Positions 27,540 through 35,576 are shown, counted from the first letter of the stretch. The stretch is 64,000 nucleotides of DNA from Chitinophagaceae bacterium (GCA_032654705.1 JAULAZ010000003.1:2695571-2759570), one strand, 5' to 3'. Numbers and translations are program-made. The notes: generated by a model from the sequence alone, not told the origin.

Positions 27540-27806
27540 CAAGTTCTTGATAATACTGTGGGGTGATGAAATGACGTAAGTCTGGCAGACATGCCCTCTT
27601 GTCTCGGGGGTGGGGAAAACAGAATAAACGTTGCATAACGCCGATCCGCCGACGGGCGGACCGACTGGGGTTGACCACCAGTAGGTTGAGAGTAGCACTC
27701 TCTATTCATTTGTGCAACAGCTAACTGCCCCGTGGAGGTTCGAACCCTTCCCCTACAGCTTGTATTGCTTTTTTTAAGCCCTCATATTCAAATGAGGGCT
27801 TTTTTA
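27540..27806 (+). ncRNA. Candidate structured RNA of undetermined class (tRNA-like T-arm, tmRNA-like 5' end), either stand-alone or a 5' leader
   Basis: No ORF is present. The segment is GC-enriched relative to its flanks. It has a promoter upstream and an intrinsic terminator at its end. Perfect hairpins lie at 27645-27660 and 27688-27702. A T-arm GGAGG-TTCGAAC-CCTTC lies at 27734-27750. A 7-bp closing helix pairs 27557-27563 with 27751-27757. Confidence 0.4.
27776..27806 (+). terminator. Rho-independent terminator
   Basis: aagccctcat-attcaa-atgagggctt followed by TTTTTATT. Confidence 0.7.
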
Positions 27807-27846
27807 TTCCGGGCTTTTCCGAAAAAAAATTTCCGAAATTTACATC

Positions 27847-28731
27847 ATGAAAAAAATACCACTACTCATTAGCCTTGTCGCCATTGGATTATTTACTCAT
27901 GCTCAAAAAGAAAAAATATATACTTCACTGGATGAGGCGCTGAAGCATTCTTCAGAAGTTTATATCCTTTCATTAAATAATCAAAAGCTGAAGGCTATTC
28001 CGGAAACTATTACACGGCTAACCAATCTTACCACCCTTAATGTGGCCGGCAACAAACTTACCTCTGTGCCTGAAAGCATTACCCGGATGGAAAATCTGAA
28101 AGAGCTAAACCTTAGTTTTAATAAGTTTAATTTCATACCAGAAACGGTTACCAGTATGCCCAACCTTACTGCACTGGATCTTAGCAATAATCATATTTCA
28201 TTTCTTCCCGAGTCAATTACCAAACTCATCAATCTCAAAAAGCTTTACCTGAATAATAACCTGCTAACCTCTCTTCCTGAATATTTTTCCAAAATGACCA
28301 GCCTTAATGAAATATATTTTTATGGCAACCTGCTGCGGTTTATCCCGGAAAGCATTTCCAATCTCAGCAAGCTGAATGAAATAGGGGTTGGTGGTAACTT
28401 GCTGACTTCGCTTCCTGAAAGTATGGACAAACTTGTTAACCTTAAATACCTTGCTTTGCCTTATAACCAGTTTACAACATTTCCGTCCTGCATTACCCAT
28501 CTTACATCACTTACCGTGCTGGACCTGAACGGAAACAAACTCGACTCACTACCAGAAAATATCAATAATCTAAAAGCGCTTACTGAATTATATCTTGAAT
28601 CAAATAAACTTACATCATTGCCCGAGTCTATAATAGAGTTGAGCCAGTTAACAATAATTAACCTGAAAAAGAATAGTTCTCTGAAGCTATCTCCTGCTGT
28701 AAAAAAATTTATTGAGAATAAAAAAATCTAA
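27847..28731 (+). CDS. Secreted leucine-rich repeat (LRR) protein
   Basis: 294 aa with a signal peptide followed by about 11 tandem 23-aa LRR units (LxxLxLxxNxLxSLPESIxxLxxL). Confidence 0.85.
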   Translation: MKKIPLLISLVAIGLFTHAQKEKIYTSLDEALKHSSEVYILSLNNQKLKAIPETITRLTNLTTLNVAGNKLTSVPESITRMENLKELNLSFNKFNFIPETVTSMPNLTALDLSNNHISFLPESITKLINLKKLYLNNNLLTSLPEYFSKMTSLNEIYFYGNLLRFIPESISNLSKLNEIGVGGNLLTSLPESMDKLVNLKYLALPYNQFTTFPSCITHLTSLTVLDLNGNKLDSLPENINNLKALTELYLESNKLTSLPESIIELSQLTIINLKKNSSLKLSPAVKKFIENKKI

Positions 28732-28823
28732 AATTTTCCTGTCAGGTAATAAGCAGGATATGCTACTTTACTATTCAGTAAAGGCTACGCAATTTTTTTT
28801 ACACATCCTTATCTTTGCCGGTC

Positions 28824-29525
28824 ATGGGTCAAAAAAAACTGGAACGGTTTGCTGAGCTGAACACTTTTTCTAATGTGCTCCAGTTTCCGAAAGACATGGC
28901 AGGCAATTGGAATGATTTTTTTAAAAACAATCACTCCATCATTCTTGAACTGGCCTGTGGCAAAGGAGAATATGCTGTTGGCCTGGGGCAATTATTTCCT
29001 TCCAAAAATTTTATTGGAATTGATTTAAAAGGAAACCGCATCTGGGTGGGGGCCAAAAAAGCATTACAAAATAATTTAATCAATGTAGCTTTTCTTCGAA
29101 CAGAAATAGACCAGGTAACGGAATACTTTGCCAAAGATGAAGTTGCTGAAATATGGATTACTTTTCCCGACCCGCAACTACGAAAATCAAAAGCCAAAAA
29201 GCGGCTTACGCATCCAAAATTTTTACGGCTGTATAAACAATTTTTAGCCCCCGGTGGTTTAATACACCTGAAAACCGATAGCCCGGATCTATACCGGTTT
29301 ACCAAACTGGTAATTGAGTTATATGGTTGTTATTTAAAAAAAGATTCAGATAATATTTATATAGAAGAATCTGTTGACGAAGAGTTGAAAATAAAAACTC
29401 ATTACGAATCATTGGATATTTCCGGAAGTAAAAAAATTCATTATCTCTGTTTTTCTTTGCCCGAAAACTTACCCGGCAAAGAAAAAGATGATGAACTAAA
29501 ACAGCTGCTTAAAGAAACTGACTGA
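28824..29525 (+). CDS. trmB: tRNA (guanine46-N7)-methyltransferase TrmB
   Basis: LELACGKGEY SAM-binding motif, and FPDPQLRKSKAKKRL, typical of TrmB. I used the ATG at 28824; the track start is a TTG at 28815. Confidence 0.85.
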   Translation: MGQKKLERFAELNTFSNVLQFPKDMAGNWNDFFKNNHSIILELACGKGEYAVGLGQLFPSKNFIGIDLKGNRIWVGAKKALQNNLINVAFLRTEIDQVTEYFAKDEVAEIWITFPDPQLRKSKAKKRLTHPKFLRLYKQFLAPGGLIHLKTDSPDLYRFTKLVIELYGCYLKKDSDNIYIEESVDEELKIKTHYESLDISGSKKIHYLCFSLPENLPGKEKDDELKQLLKETD

Positions 29526-29562
29526 TGGCAGGTGAGTCAAAAAATGAAACTATATTTATAGT

Positions 29563-29952
29563 ATGACCTCAAAGAAAAAATCATCTGAAAAAATAAAATC
29601 AATACGACCCTCCGGTAAAAGAGAAGAGAATTTTTTTGAACTGGTTTTTGAAGTAGCCCGGCAAATACCGAAGGGAAGAGTAACCTCTTATGGCGCTATT
29701 GCCGCCTGTCTTGGCGCCAAATCATCAGCCCGCATGGTAGGCTGGGCCATGAATGGTTGTCATCGTGTAAGACCGAAAGTGCCGGCACATCGTGTGGTGA
29801 ATCGTTTGGGTATTTTATCAGGCAAGCATCATTTTTCTCCGCCCGGTATGATGGAAAAATTATTAAAGAAAGAAGGCGTTAAGGTAAAGAACGACCAGGT
29901 AGTTGATTTTAAAAAACTCTTTTGGGATCCGGTTGAGGAAATGGGATTTTAA
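29563..29952 (+). CDS. MGMT-family DNA-binding protein lacking the acceptor cysteine (alkyltransferase-like, ATL/YbaZ type)
   Basis: 129 aa. It has the YGAIA helix-turn-helix region and VPAHRVVN where true MGMTs carry PCHRV (Cys replaced by Ala). Confidence 0.75.
   Translation: MTSKKKSSEKIKSIRPSGKREENFFELVFEVARQIPKGRVTSYGAIAACLGAKSSARMVGWAMNGCHRVRPKVPAHRVVNRLGILSGKHHFSPPGMMEKLLKKEGVKVKNDQVVDFKKLFWDPVEEMGF
29848..29952 (+). repeat. Direct repeat copy 1: the native 3' end of the ATL gene
   Basis: Encodes MMEKLLKKEGVKVKNDQVVDFKKLFWDPVEEMGF*. Homologous copies lie at 30907-30977, 33389-33491 and 34119-34161. Confidence 0.8.
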
Positions 29953-30024
29953 ACTTTACTATTTTCATTTGTTGTAGGTAAGGGTTATAAGAACGGTTAA
30001 TGAATTATTGATTAATTTTAAAAC

Positions 30025-30330
30025 ATGGAAACGCCCAAACCCAAACCTGTATTCAATCGCCGCATCTTCTGGGATGTAAATTTTGACAAATTAGATTATG
30101 ATGGCAAAGCCTCTTTTATCATCGAAAGGGTTTTTGAACGGGGCGATGTGGATGACATTCGCCAGTGCCGGAGATATTACGGGGATGAGAAAGTGACTGA
30201 AGTTTTACTAAATGCAAAATACTTACCTGAAAGAAGACTTCATTTGGCCGCTGCTGTTATTGATAAACCTGTTACCGAATTCAGATGCTACATCTTGAGA
30301 CAGTCGAACCCGGGACTTTTTCCGTATTAA
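30025..30330 (+). CDS. DUF6922-like small protein (putative antitoxin partner of the AbiEii-like gene)
   Basis: 101 aa. The IFWDVNFDKLDYDGKASFIIERVFERGDVDD... pattern is one I recall from small ORFs that precede Bacteroidota AbiEii-family genes. It overlaps the next ORF by 46 nt. Confidence 0.55.
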   Translation: METPKPKPVFNRRIFWDVNFDKLDYDGKASFIIERVFERGDVDDIRQCRRYYGDEKVTEVLLNAKYLPERRLHLAAAVIDKPVTEFRCYILRQSNPGLFPY

Positions 30331-30911
30331 AACGTTTGATGCGCCTGAAAGCGTTGCTGCCCTTTTCATTAGTGGGCGGCACTGCTTTATCATTACGGTA
30401 TGGCCATCGCACATCTGTTGATATTGATTTATTTTATGAAAATAAATTTGATCATGAGCCCATTGTAAAGGCCCTAAAGAAAGAATTCGGAAAAGGATAT
30501 GGCACAGAAAGCCGGTATTATCGCTGGGGGATATTCTGTTATCTCGATGGGGTGAAAGTGGATATTGTGCATCATCCTCACCCGTTAATTTGGGAAACTG
30601 AAGTAGTTGATGGTATCAGGATCTATGACGACAGGGACATTATTGCCATGAAGATAAATGCGATACTAGGCCGGGGAAAAAAGAAAGACTTCTGGGATTT
30701 GTATGAGTTGCTGCATCATTATTCATTAAAAGAGATAATTGCATTCCACGAACAAAAATTTCCTGAACAAAACTTGCTTATCACTATCCCACAGGCCATC
30801 ACTTATTTTGATGATGCGGATGAAAGCGAAGACCCCATCAGCCTGAAAGGACAAACCTGGGAAACCGTGAAAAAATTTATTCAGCAAAAAGTAAGTGATT
30901 TTTTACGCTGA
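30285..30911 (+). CDS. Nucleotidyltransferase AbiEii/AbiGii toxin-family protein
   Basis: 208 aa. It has the N-terminal LVGGTALSLRYGHRTSVDIDLF (GG...S.DIDLF NTase motif). Confidence 0.7.
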   Translation: MLHLETVEPGTFSVLKRLMRLKALLPFSLVGGTALSLRYGHRTSVDIDLFYENKFDHEPIVKALKKEFGKGYGTESRYYRWGIFCYLDGVKVDIVHHPHPLIWETEVVDGIRIYDDRDIIAMKINAILGRGKKKDFWDLYELLHHYSLKEIIAFHEQKFPEQNLLITIPQAITYFDDADESEDPISLKGQTWETVKKFIQQKVSDFLR

Positions 30912-30977
30912 CAAAATTTTTGCAGGCGGTAGTTGGGTTTAAAAAATTGGGGCCCGGTAGATGAATTTGGATTTTAA
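30907..30977 (+). repeat. Direct repeat copy 2: degenerate ATL 3'-end fragment (internal deletions and a frameshift)
   Basis: tgacaaaatttttgcag / gcggtagttgggtttaaaaaa / ccggtagatgaatttggattttaa aligns with the ATL tail. The last 24 nt differ from copy 1 at 4 positions by my count. Confidence 0.7.
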
Positions 30978-31089
30978 TTACTAAATGCCTCTTTCTTCCT
31001 TTCACCATATCTTTAAGTAATTAATAATTAACAGGCAGGAAGACAAGATAATAATTTATTCGCCGTTCTAATATGCCAGCAGACACTAT

Positions 31090-33327
31090 ATGAAAAAAAT
31101 CCTGATTATATTTTTTTGCTTTTATGCTTCCGTAAATACATCCGGGCAGCAAAATAACCCCCGCCCTAAAATTGGCCTTGCCTTAAGTGGTGGTGGCGCC
31201 AAGGGCCTGGCACATATCGGGATTTTAAAAGCTATCGATTCTGCCGGGTTAAAAATTGATTATATCACCGGCACCAGTATGGGCGCCGTTATCGGGTCGT
31301 TGTATGCTATTGGCTACTCCGCCAACCAGATTGAAGCCATGAGCCGGAAAATTGACTGGGATATATTATTGAGCAACCAATTATCCCTGCGTTCCTTATC
31401 CATGGAAGAAAAAGATGAATATGGGAAATATGCCATCGAACTTCCTTATATCAATAATAAACTGAAATTGCCCGGCGGTATTATTGATGGGCAGGAATTA
31501 AGGTTTAAGTTTTCTGAGTTGTACTATCCTGTACAACGAATCAAGGATTTCAACAAATTTTCTATCCCTTTTAAATGTATTGCTTCAGATATTTCCAACG
31601 GGCAGGCCATTGTCTTTGACAAAGGCGATATTGTTACAGCCGTTCGTGCCAGCATGACCATTCCTTCCTTATTTACACCCGTAGATTATAATGGTTACCG
31701 GCTGGTTGATGGAGGGCTGGTCAGAAATTTTCCGGTAACAGATGTTAAAGACATGGGCGCTGATATAGTAATTGGCAGCAGCGTAACCACCGGAACATCA
31801 CCCAAAGAAAGATTAAACTCCGCACCGGAAATATTATTGCAACTGGCCTTTTTTAGAGAGGCAGAAGATTATAAAAAAGAAGTGCCGCTTTGTGATATAT
31901 ATGTTTTCCAGCCTTTGCAGGGATATACGATGGGAAGTTTTAACAAGGCAGACAAGCTGATAGATATCGGACTGGAAGAGGGAAGAAAATTATTTCCAGT
32001 ATTCAAACACCTGGCCGATTCATTAAACCAGTTATACGGAACATTATCCTTAAAAACCGAACGGTTGCCTGCGCCTGATTCTGTTTTTATCAGTTCGTAT
32101 GAAATAATTGGCCTTGAAAAAACAAAGAAAGAATTTTTTTTACATGCCATGAATTTTCAAACTAACAAAACGTATGCAGAAGCAAGTCTTTCAAAATTGA
32201 TCCGCCGGGTTTTTGGTACACTTTATTACAGCAGTATTAATTATTCATTGGAACCACTGGCAGACGGTACAACAAAAATTATTTTTACAGTAAAAGAAAA
32301 TTCATCCACTTACGCTAAAGTGGGGTTGCATTATAATGCTTTCTCCGGAATCAGTATCATTACCAACCTCACCACCCGTGATTACCTGGCCCGTTATTCA
32401 AGAAGTATGGCTACTATCAATATCGGCGAAAACTTCCGGATCAAAGGCGAGCATCTCCAGTATTTTGCATTCAGAAAAAACATTGCCATTATACCTTCTG
32501 TGCAGCTCGAAAGCTTTAAAATAAATACCTATACAGGGTTTAGAAAAAGCGGGCAATACCGGCAGGTTTATTTTAATGGAGAATTAAAAGCACAATATTC
32601 CGGCAACAGAAATACTACTGCCGGCATCGGAACCCGCTATGAACGTATTGATTTTAAACCGCTGATTTTATCGAGCCTGGAAGCAAAAGGTAAAAATGAC
32701 TTCTTTACTTCCTTTGTATATTTTAATATGAATACCACTGATAAAATCTTCTATCCGCATAGAGGAATAAAGTTAAATGCTGAACTTGGCCTTTTATTTA
32801 ACCAGCGACCCAATGTCACTTTCTTTTCCAATGGAATACCAGTAACCAATATTGATTCATTCGGGGTTAATTATGATAATTACCAGCGGGCCTTCATCAA
32901 AGCAGAATCTTATTCGCCTTTTTCAAAGCAGCTTACTTTTTATACCTTATTCCAGATGGGTATAAATTTTAATTACAAACAAAACCTCGTCAATAATTTT
33001 CAGATAGGAGGATTGACCAATACGGTAAGGAACCAGGTTCTTTTCGCCGGGCTGGATGAAACTACGGTAAGCACTCCCAGTGTTACTTCGCTTTTGTTGG
33101 GATTAAATTTACAACTGTCAAAAAATACTTACCTCATGGCCAGGACCAATGCCGCAGTCATCAACTTTATCAGCGGCGATGAAAAGATACATTTAAAAAA
33201 CTGGCTTACCGGCCATGCCCTTACGTTTGCTTACAATACACTTATTGGCCCGTTGGAATTCAGCCTGGAATATAGCGAACAATCAAAAAAAGTAATTACT
33301 TATGTAAATTTTGGAATTCCGTTTTAA
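31090..33327 (+). CDS. Patatin-like phospholipase fused to POTRA and an Omp85 beta-barrel (PlpD-like, type Vd)
   Basis: 745 aa with a signal peptide. The patatin motifs are SGGGAKG, GTSMG and DGG. The C-terminal ~300 aa is beta-strand rich and ends in F, the aromatic terminal residue typical of outer-membrane beta-barrels. Confidence 0.85.
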   Translation: MKKILIIFFCFYASVNTSGQQNNPRPKIGLALSGGGAKGLAHIGILKAIDSAGLKIDYITGTSMGAVIGSLYAIGYSANQIEAMSRKIDWDILLSNQLSLRSLSMEEKDEYGKYAIELPYINNKLKLPGGIIDGQELRFKFSELYYPVQRIKDFNKFSIPFKCIASDISNGQAIVFDKGDIVTAVRASMTIPSLFTPVDYNGYRLVDGGLVRNFPVTDVKDMGADIVIGSSVTTGTSPKERLNSAPEILLQLAFFREAEDYKKEVPLCDIYVFQPLQGYTMGSFNKADKLIDIGLEEGRKLFPVFKHLADSLNQLYGTLSLKTERLPAPDSVFISSYEIIGLEKTKKEFFLHAMNFQTNKTYAEASLSKLIRRVFGTLYYSSINYSLEPLADGTTKIIFTVKENSSTYAKVGLHYNAFSGISIITNLTTRDYLARYSRSMATINIGENFRIKGEHLQYFAFRKNIAIIPSVQLESFKINTYTGFRKSGQYRQVYFNGELKAQYSGNRNTTAGIGTRYERIDFKPLILSSLEAKGKNDFFTSFVYFNMNTTDKIFYPHRGIKLNAELGLLFNQRPNVTFFSNGIPVTNIDSFGVNYDNYQRAFIKAESYSPFSKQLTFYTLFQMGINFNYKQNLVNNFQIGGLTNTVRNQVLFAGLDETTVSTPSVTSLLLGLNLQLSKNTYLMARTNAAVINFISGDEKIHLKNWLTGHALTFAYNTLIGPLEFSLEYSEQSKKVITYVNFGIPF

Positions 33328-33355
33328 ATAATAATAGTAAATATGTCATTGGTAT

Positions 33356-33382
33356 TGTGTGCCTGCCTGCGGTAGGCACACA
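33356..33382. other. 9-bp GC-rich hairpin abutting repeat copy 3
   Basis: tgtgtgcct-gcctgcggt-aggcacaca. No T-run follows, so it is not a classic terminator. Confidence 0.5.
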
Positions 33383-33388
33383 ACACTG

Positions 33389-33491
33389 CGTGATGTTTTT
33401 TTTGGAACACCTGCCAAGGGAGAAAAAAAACGACCGGGTAGTTGATTTTAAAAAACCGTTTGGGTATCCTGTAGATGAATTGGGATTTTAA
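33389..33491 (+). pseudogene. Direct repeat copy 3: orphan ATL 3'-end fragment, still open for 32 codons
   Basis: Translates as MFFLEHLPREKKNDRVVDFKKPFGYPVDELGF*. The last 63 nt align without gaps to 29890-29952, with 9 mismatches by my count. Confidence 0.8.
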
Positions 33492-33503
33492 ATTTCCTTT
33501 CTA

Positions 33504-33995
33504 TTACAGTTGAAACTGATATCCAATATTAACTCCTATCCAAGATCTATATGAAGCTCTATTAATTCTGACCGAGATGTCAAAACCACTGCCAGATTTG
33601 TTTTTTATTAAATAACCCAATTCTCCACCATAAGTAAATCTTGAAGGACCATTCCAATAACCCGTATAAACAGCCAATCCTGCATCACCTTGTGCATATA
33701 ATCCTTCTGCAATAAAATGCCTGTACCCAATTCTTGGTAAAAAGAGTCCGCTATTATTATTAGCATCCTGAACCTTCCATCCTGTTATTCCAACAGAAAA
33801 AAGCACACTCCCATCTTTACTGACACTATAATAGTCTGTTGCATAAATACCCCACCCGGTTTTGTATCCTTCTTTAAAAATACCAAGGGGCATTTCAACT
33901 CCTCCATGAATTTTTATAAAATTCATTTTTTTCTGTGTTAAGCCCTTAACAGAAAAAAGGAAACACAATCCAAGGAGAAATAATTTGTATTTCAT
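33504..33995 (-). CDS. Small outer-membrane beta-barrel protein (hypothetical)
   Basis: 163 aa with a signal peptide, an alternating hydrophobic/aromatic strand pattern rich in G/Y, and a C-terminal YQFQL. Confidence 0.55.
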   Translation of the reverse strand: MKYKLFLLGLCFLFSVKGLTQKKMNFIKIHGGVEMPLGIFKEGYKTGWGIYATDYYSVSKDGSVLFSVGITGWKVQDANNNSGLFLPRIGYRHFIAEGLYAQGDAGLAVYTGYWNGPSRFTYGGELGYLIKNKSGSGFDISVRINRASYRSWIGVNIGYQFQL

Positions 33996-34087
33996 ATAAT
34001 TTTATTAAGAACTGAAATTACAGTAAATTACTTCTGCCCAAAAAATAATTCTTTTGCCGCTGTTGGTCTTTCCGAATCTTTAAACAG

Positions 34088-34118
34088 CCGTTGATTTCTA
34101 TGTTATAGAAATCAACGG
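34088..34118. terminator. 13-bp hairpin downstream of the cox-associated operon, abutting repeat copy 4
   Basis: ccgttgatttcta-tgtta-tagaaatcaacgg. Confidence 0.5.
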
Positions 34119-34161
34119 TGTGATGCTTTTTCGAAATACCTGCAAGAACAAGAATTCATAA
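34119..34161 (+). repeat. Direct repeat copy 4: 5' stub of the ATL-tail repeat
   Basis: gtgatgctttttcgaaatacctgcaagaacaagaa aligns with gtgatgttttttttggaacacctgccaagggagaa of copy 3. It begins at the same TGATG boundary. Confidence 0.5.
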
Positions 34162-34176
34162 AAAATCTTAAGCCTT

Positions 34177-34761
34177 CTAATGATAATACGGGCTAATCAT
34201 CCAGTACACCAGCACACCCGTTACCGCCACATAAAACCAGATGGGCCAGGTAATGCGTACTAATTTTTTGTGTTTGTCAAATTCTCCCGTCAATGCCCTG
34301 TAAGCGGAGAATAAAATAAAAGGAAGAATAATACCCGCTAGCGGAATATGAGTGCCCAGTAAAATATAATAGATCATCCGGCTGCTGCCAACGGCTGCTT
34401 TTTCAACATCAGTAACGATGCCATCGTGGTTCACATCCCCAAACCTTGTTTCACCGGCAAATAAATGATGACAGATATAGCTTATTAAAAAAAGAACAGA
34501 CAGAAACATGGCCGTCAGCATGATGTTCTTATGCAGTATATAGTTTTTTGTTTTTACAGCAATCAATGCAATAATCAATAATATGGCTACGCAGGAATTT
34601 ATAAATGCATTGGCAGTGGCAAACAAATGCACATCAAACCCCAGGTTCGCATTCCACTTTACCCGGCTCAGCAGCATCACCGCGGCAAATACAATGGCAG
34701 AAAAACTAAAGATGATGATCCTTGCTTTCTTATCATTTTTTTTCCAGGCAGCCGATAGCAT
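34177..34761 (-). CDS. DUF420 membrane protein (cytochrome oxidase-associated)
   Basis: 194 aa with 4-5 TM helices. Its position after SCO in a cox operon is the usual context for this family as I recall it. Confidence 0.65.
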   Translation of the reverse strand: MLSAAWKKNDKKARIIIFSFSAIVFAAVMLLSRVKWNANLGFDVHLFATANAFINSCVAILLIIALIAVKTKNYILHKNIMLTAMFLSVLFLISYICHHLFAGETRFGDVNHDGIVTDVEKAAVGSSRMIYYILLGTHIPLAGIILPFILFSAYRALTGEFDKHKKLVRITWPIWFYVAVTGVLVYWMISPYYH

Positions 34762-34763
34762 GT

Positions 34764-35573
34764 TTATGAATTTTTTCTAAGGAAATAAAAAAATAATCCC
34801 ACGCCGAATATGGTAATTAAAAGTACCACGGCAATCAGTTGCAGTTTACCGGCAAAAAAACTTTTTGCATTCGGATCTTTTTCCATCGTAAGTAACACCA
34901 GGTCTTTTGATAATTGCGACAGCGAGGCCGCCTCAAGGCCATGATAATATCCCCGCACATGCCGGGTGCTGTCAATAAGTACAAAATGATCGGTGTGCAT
35001 AAAGTTTGTATCAATGCCCTGCCCGTCATCCACCGGAATTTTCATTTCATGGATGATAAGATCATAGATCATTTTCTTATCGCCGGTAAGCAGCCACCAT
35101 TTTTCCGGGTTAACCTGGAATCGGTCGGCCCAGTTTTTTAATTGCTTCACCGAATCCCTTTCCGGGTCAATGCTGAAAGAAAGAAAGTGAACCAGTTTAT
35201 TGGTTTTATCACCAACCCGTTCACCATTATTAATGGACTCTGCCAGCTTCTTCATATTTCTTGTAAGCCCCGGACAGATTGTAGGACAACGGGTAAAAAA
35301 GAAATCTGCAATTACAATTTTTCCTTTCAGGCTATCCCATGAAACAGTTTTATTTTCCTGGTTGGTTAGTTTGAAATTGGCCAGTTGATGCCAGATGGTA
35401 TCTGAAACTCTTTTGCCCTTTTTAGTTATTGTAACAACAGAGTCCGGCAGATAATGCTTCGGCATAGCCACCGCATTTTCACTTTTTCCTTTCACAATGA
35501 AATAGGAAACAAGCGGCAGCAATATGGCCAGCATCACCGCATATAAAGCTTTTTTGTTCACAATAATTCTCAA
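34764..35573 (-). CDS. SCO1/SenC copper chaperone
   Basis: FFFTRCPTICP (a CxxxC motif) in a thioredoxin-like fold, with N- and C-terminal TM segments. The start is a TTG at 35573; an alternative ATG lies at 35534. Confidence 0.85.
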   Translation of the reverse strand: MRIIVNKKALYAVMLAILLPLVSYFIVKGKSENAVAMPKHYLPDSVVTITKKGKRVSDTIWHQLANFKLTNQENKTVSWDSLKGKIVIADFFFTRCPTICPGLTRNMKKLAESINNGERVGDKTNKLVHFLSFSIDPERDSVKQLKNWADRFQVNPEKWWLLTGDKKMIYDLIIHEMKIPVDDGQGIDTNFMHTDHFVLIDSTRHVRGYYHGLEAASLSQLSKDLVLLTMEKDPNAKSFFAGKLQLIAVVLLITIFGVGLFFYFLRKNS

Positions 35574-35576
35574 TTA

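Noticed and set aside
27734-27757. Possible tRNA gene, suggested by a GGTTCGAAC T-loop followed by an acceptor-like strand
   Set aside because: No contiguous cloverleaf exists. I could find no D-arm or anticodon arm in the 50 nt upstream. The only partner for the acceptor strand lies ~190 nt upstream, and no CCA or normal discriminator context is present. It is treated instead as part of the structured RNA candidate.
27847-28731. Regular ~69-nt DNA periodicity that could be mistaken for a tandem repeat or a CRISPR-like array
   Set aside because: The periodicity is the coding repeat of a leucine-rich repeat protein (23-aa units) inside one intact ORF with a signal peptide. There are no identical direct repeats with unique spacers.
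10162-33327. Two patatin-like phospholipases in one window, considered as a possible duplicated system
   Set aside because: Their architectures are unrelated: one is a polytopic inner-membrane N-terminal anchor, the other a signal peptide plus POTRA/Omp85 barrel. The sequences outside the catalytic motifs are dissimilar and no shared flanks exist. They are independent family members, not a duplication.
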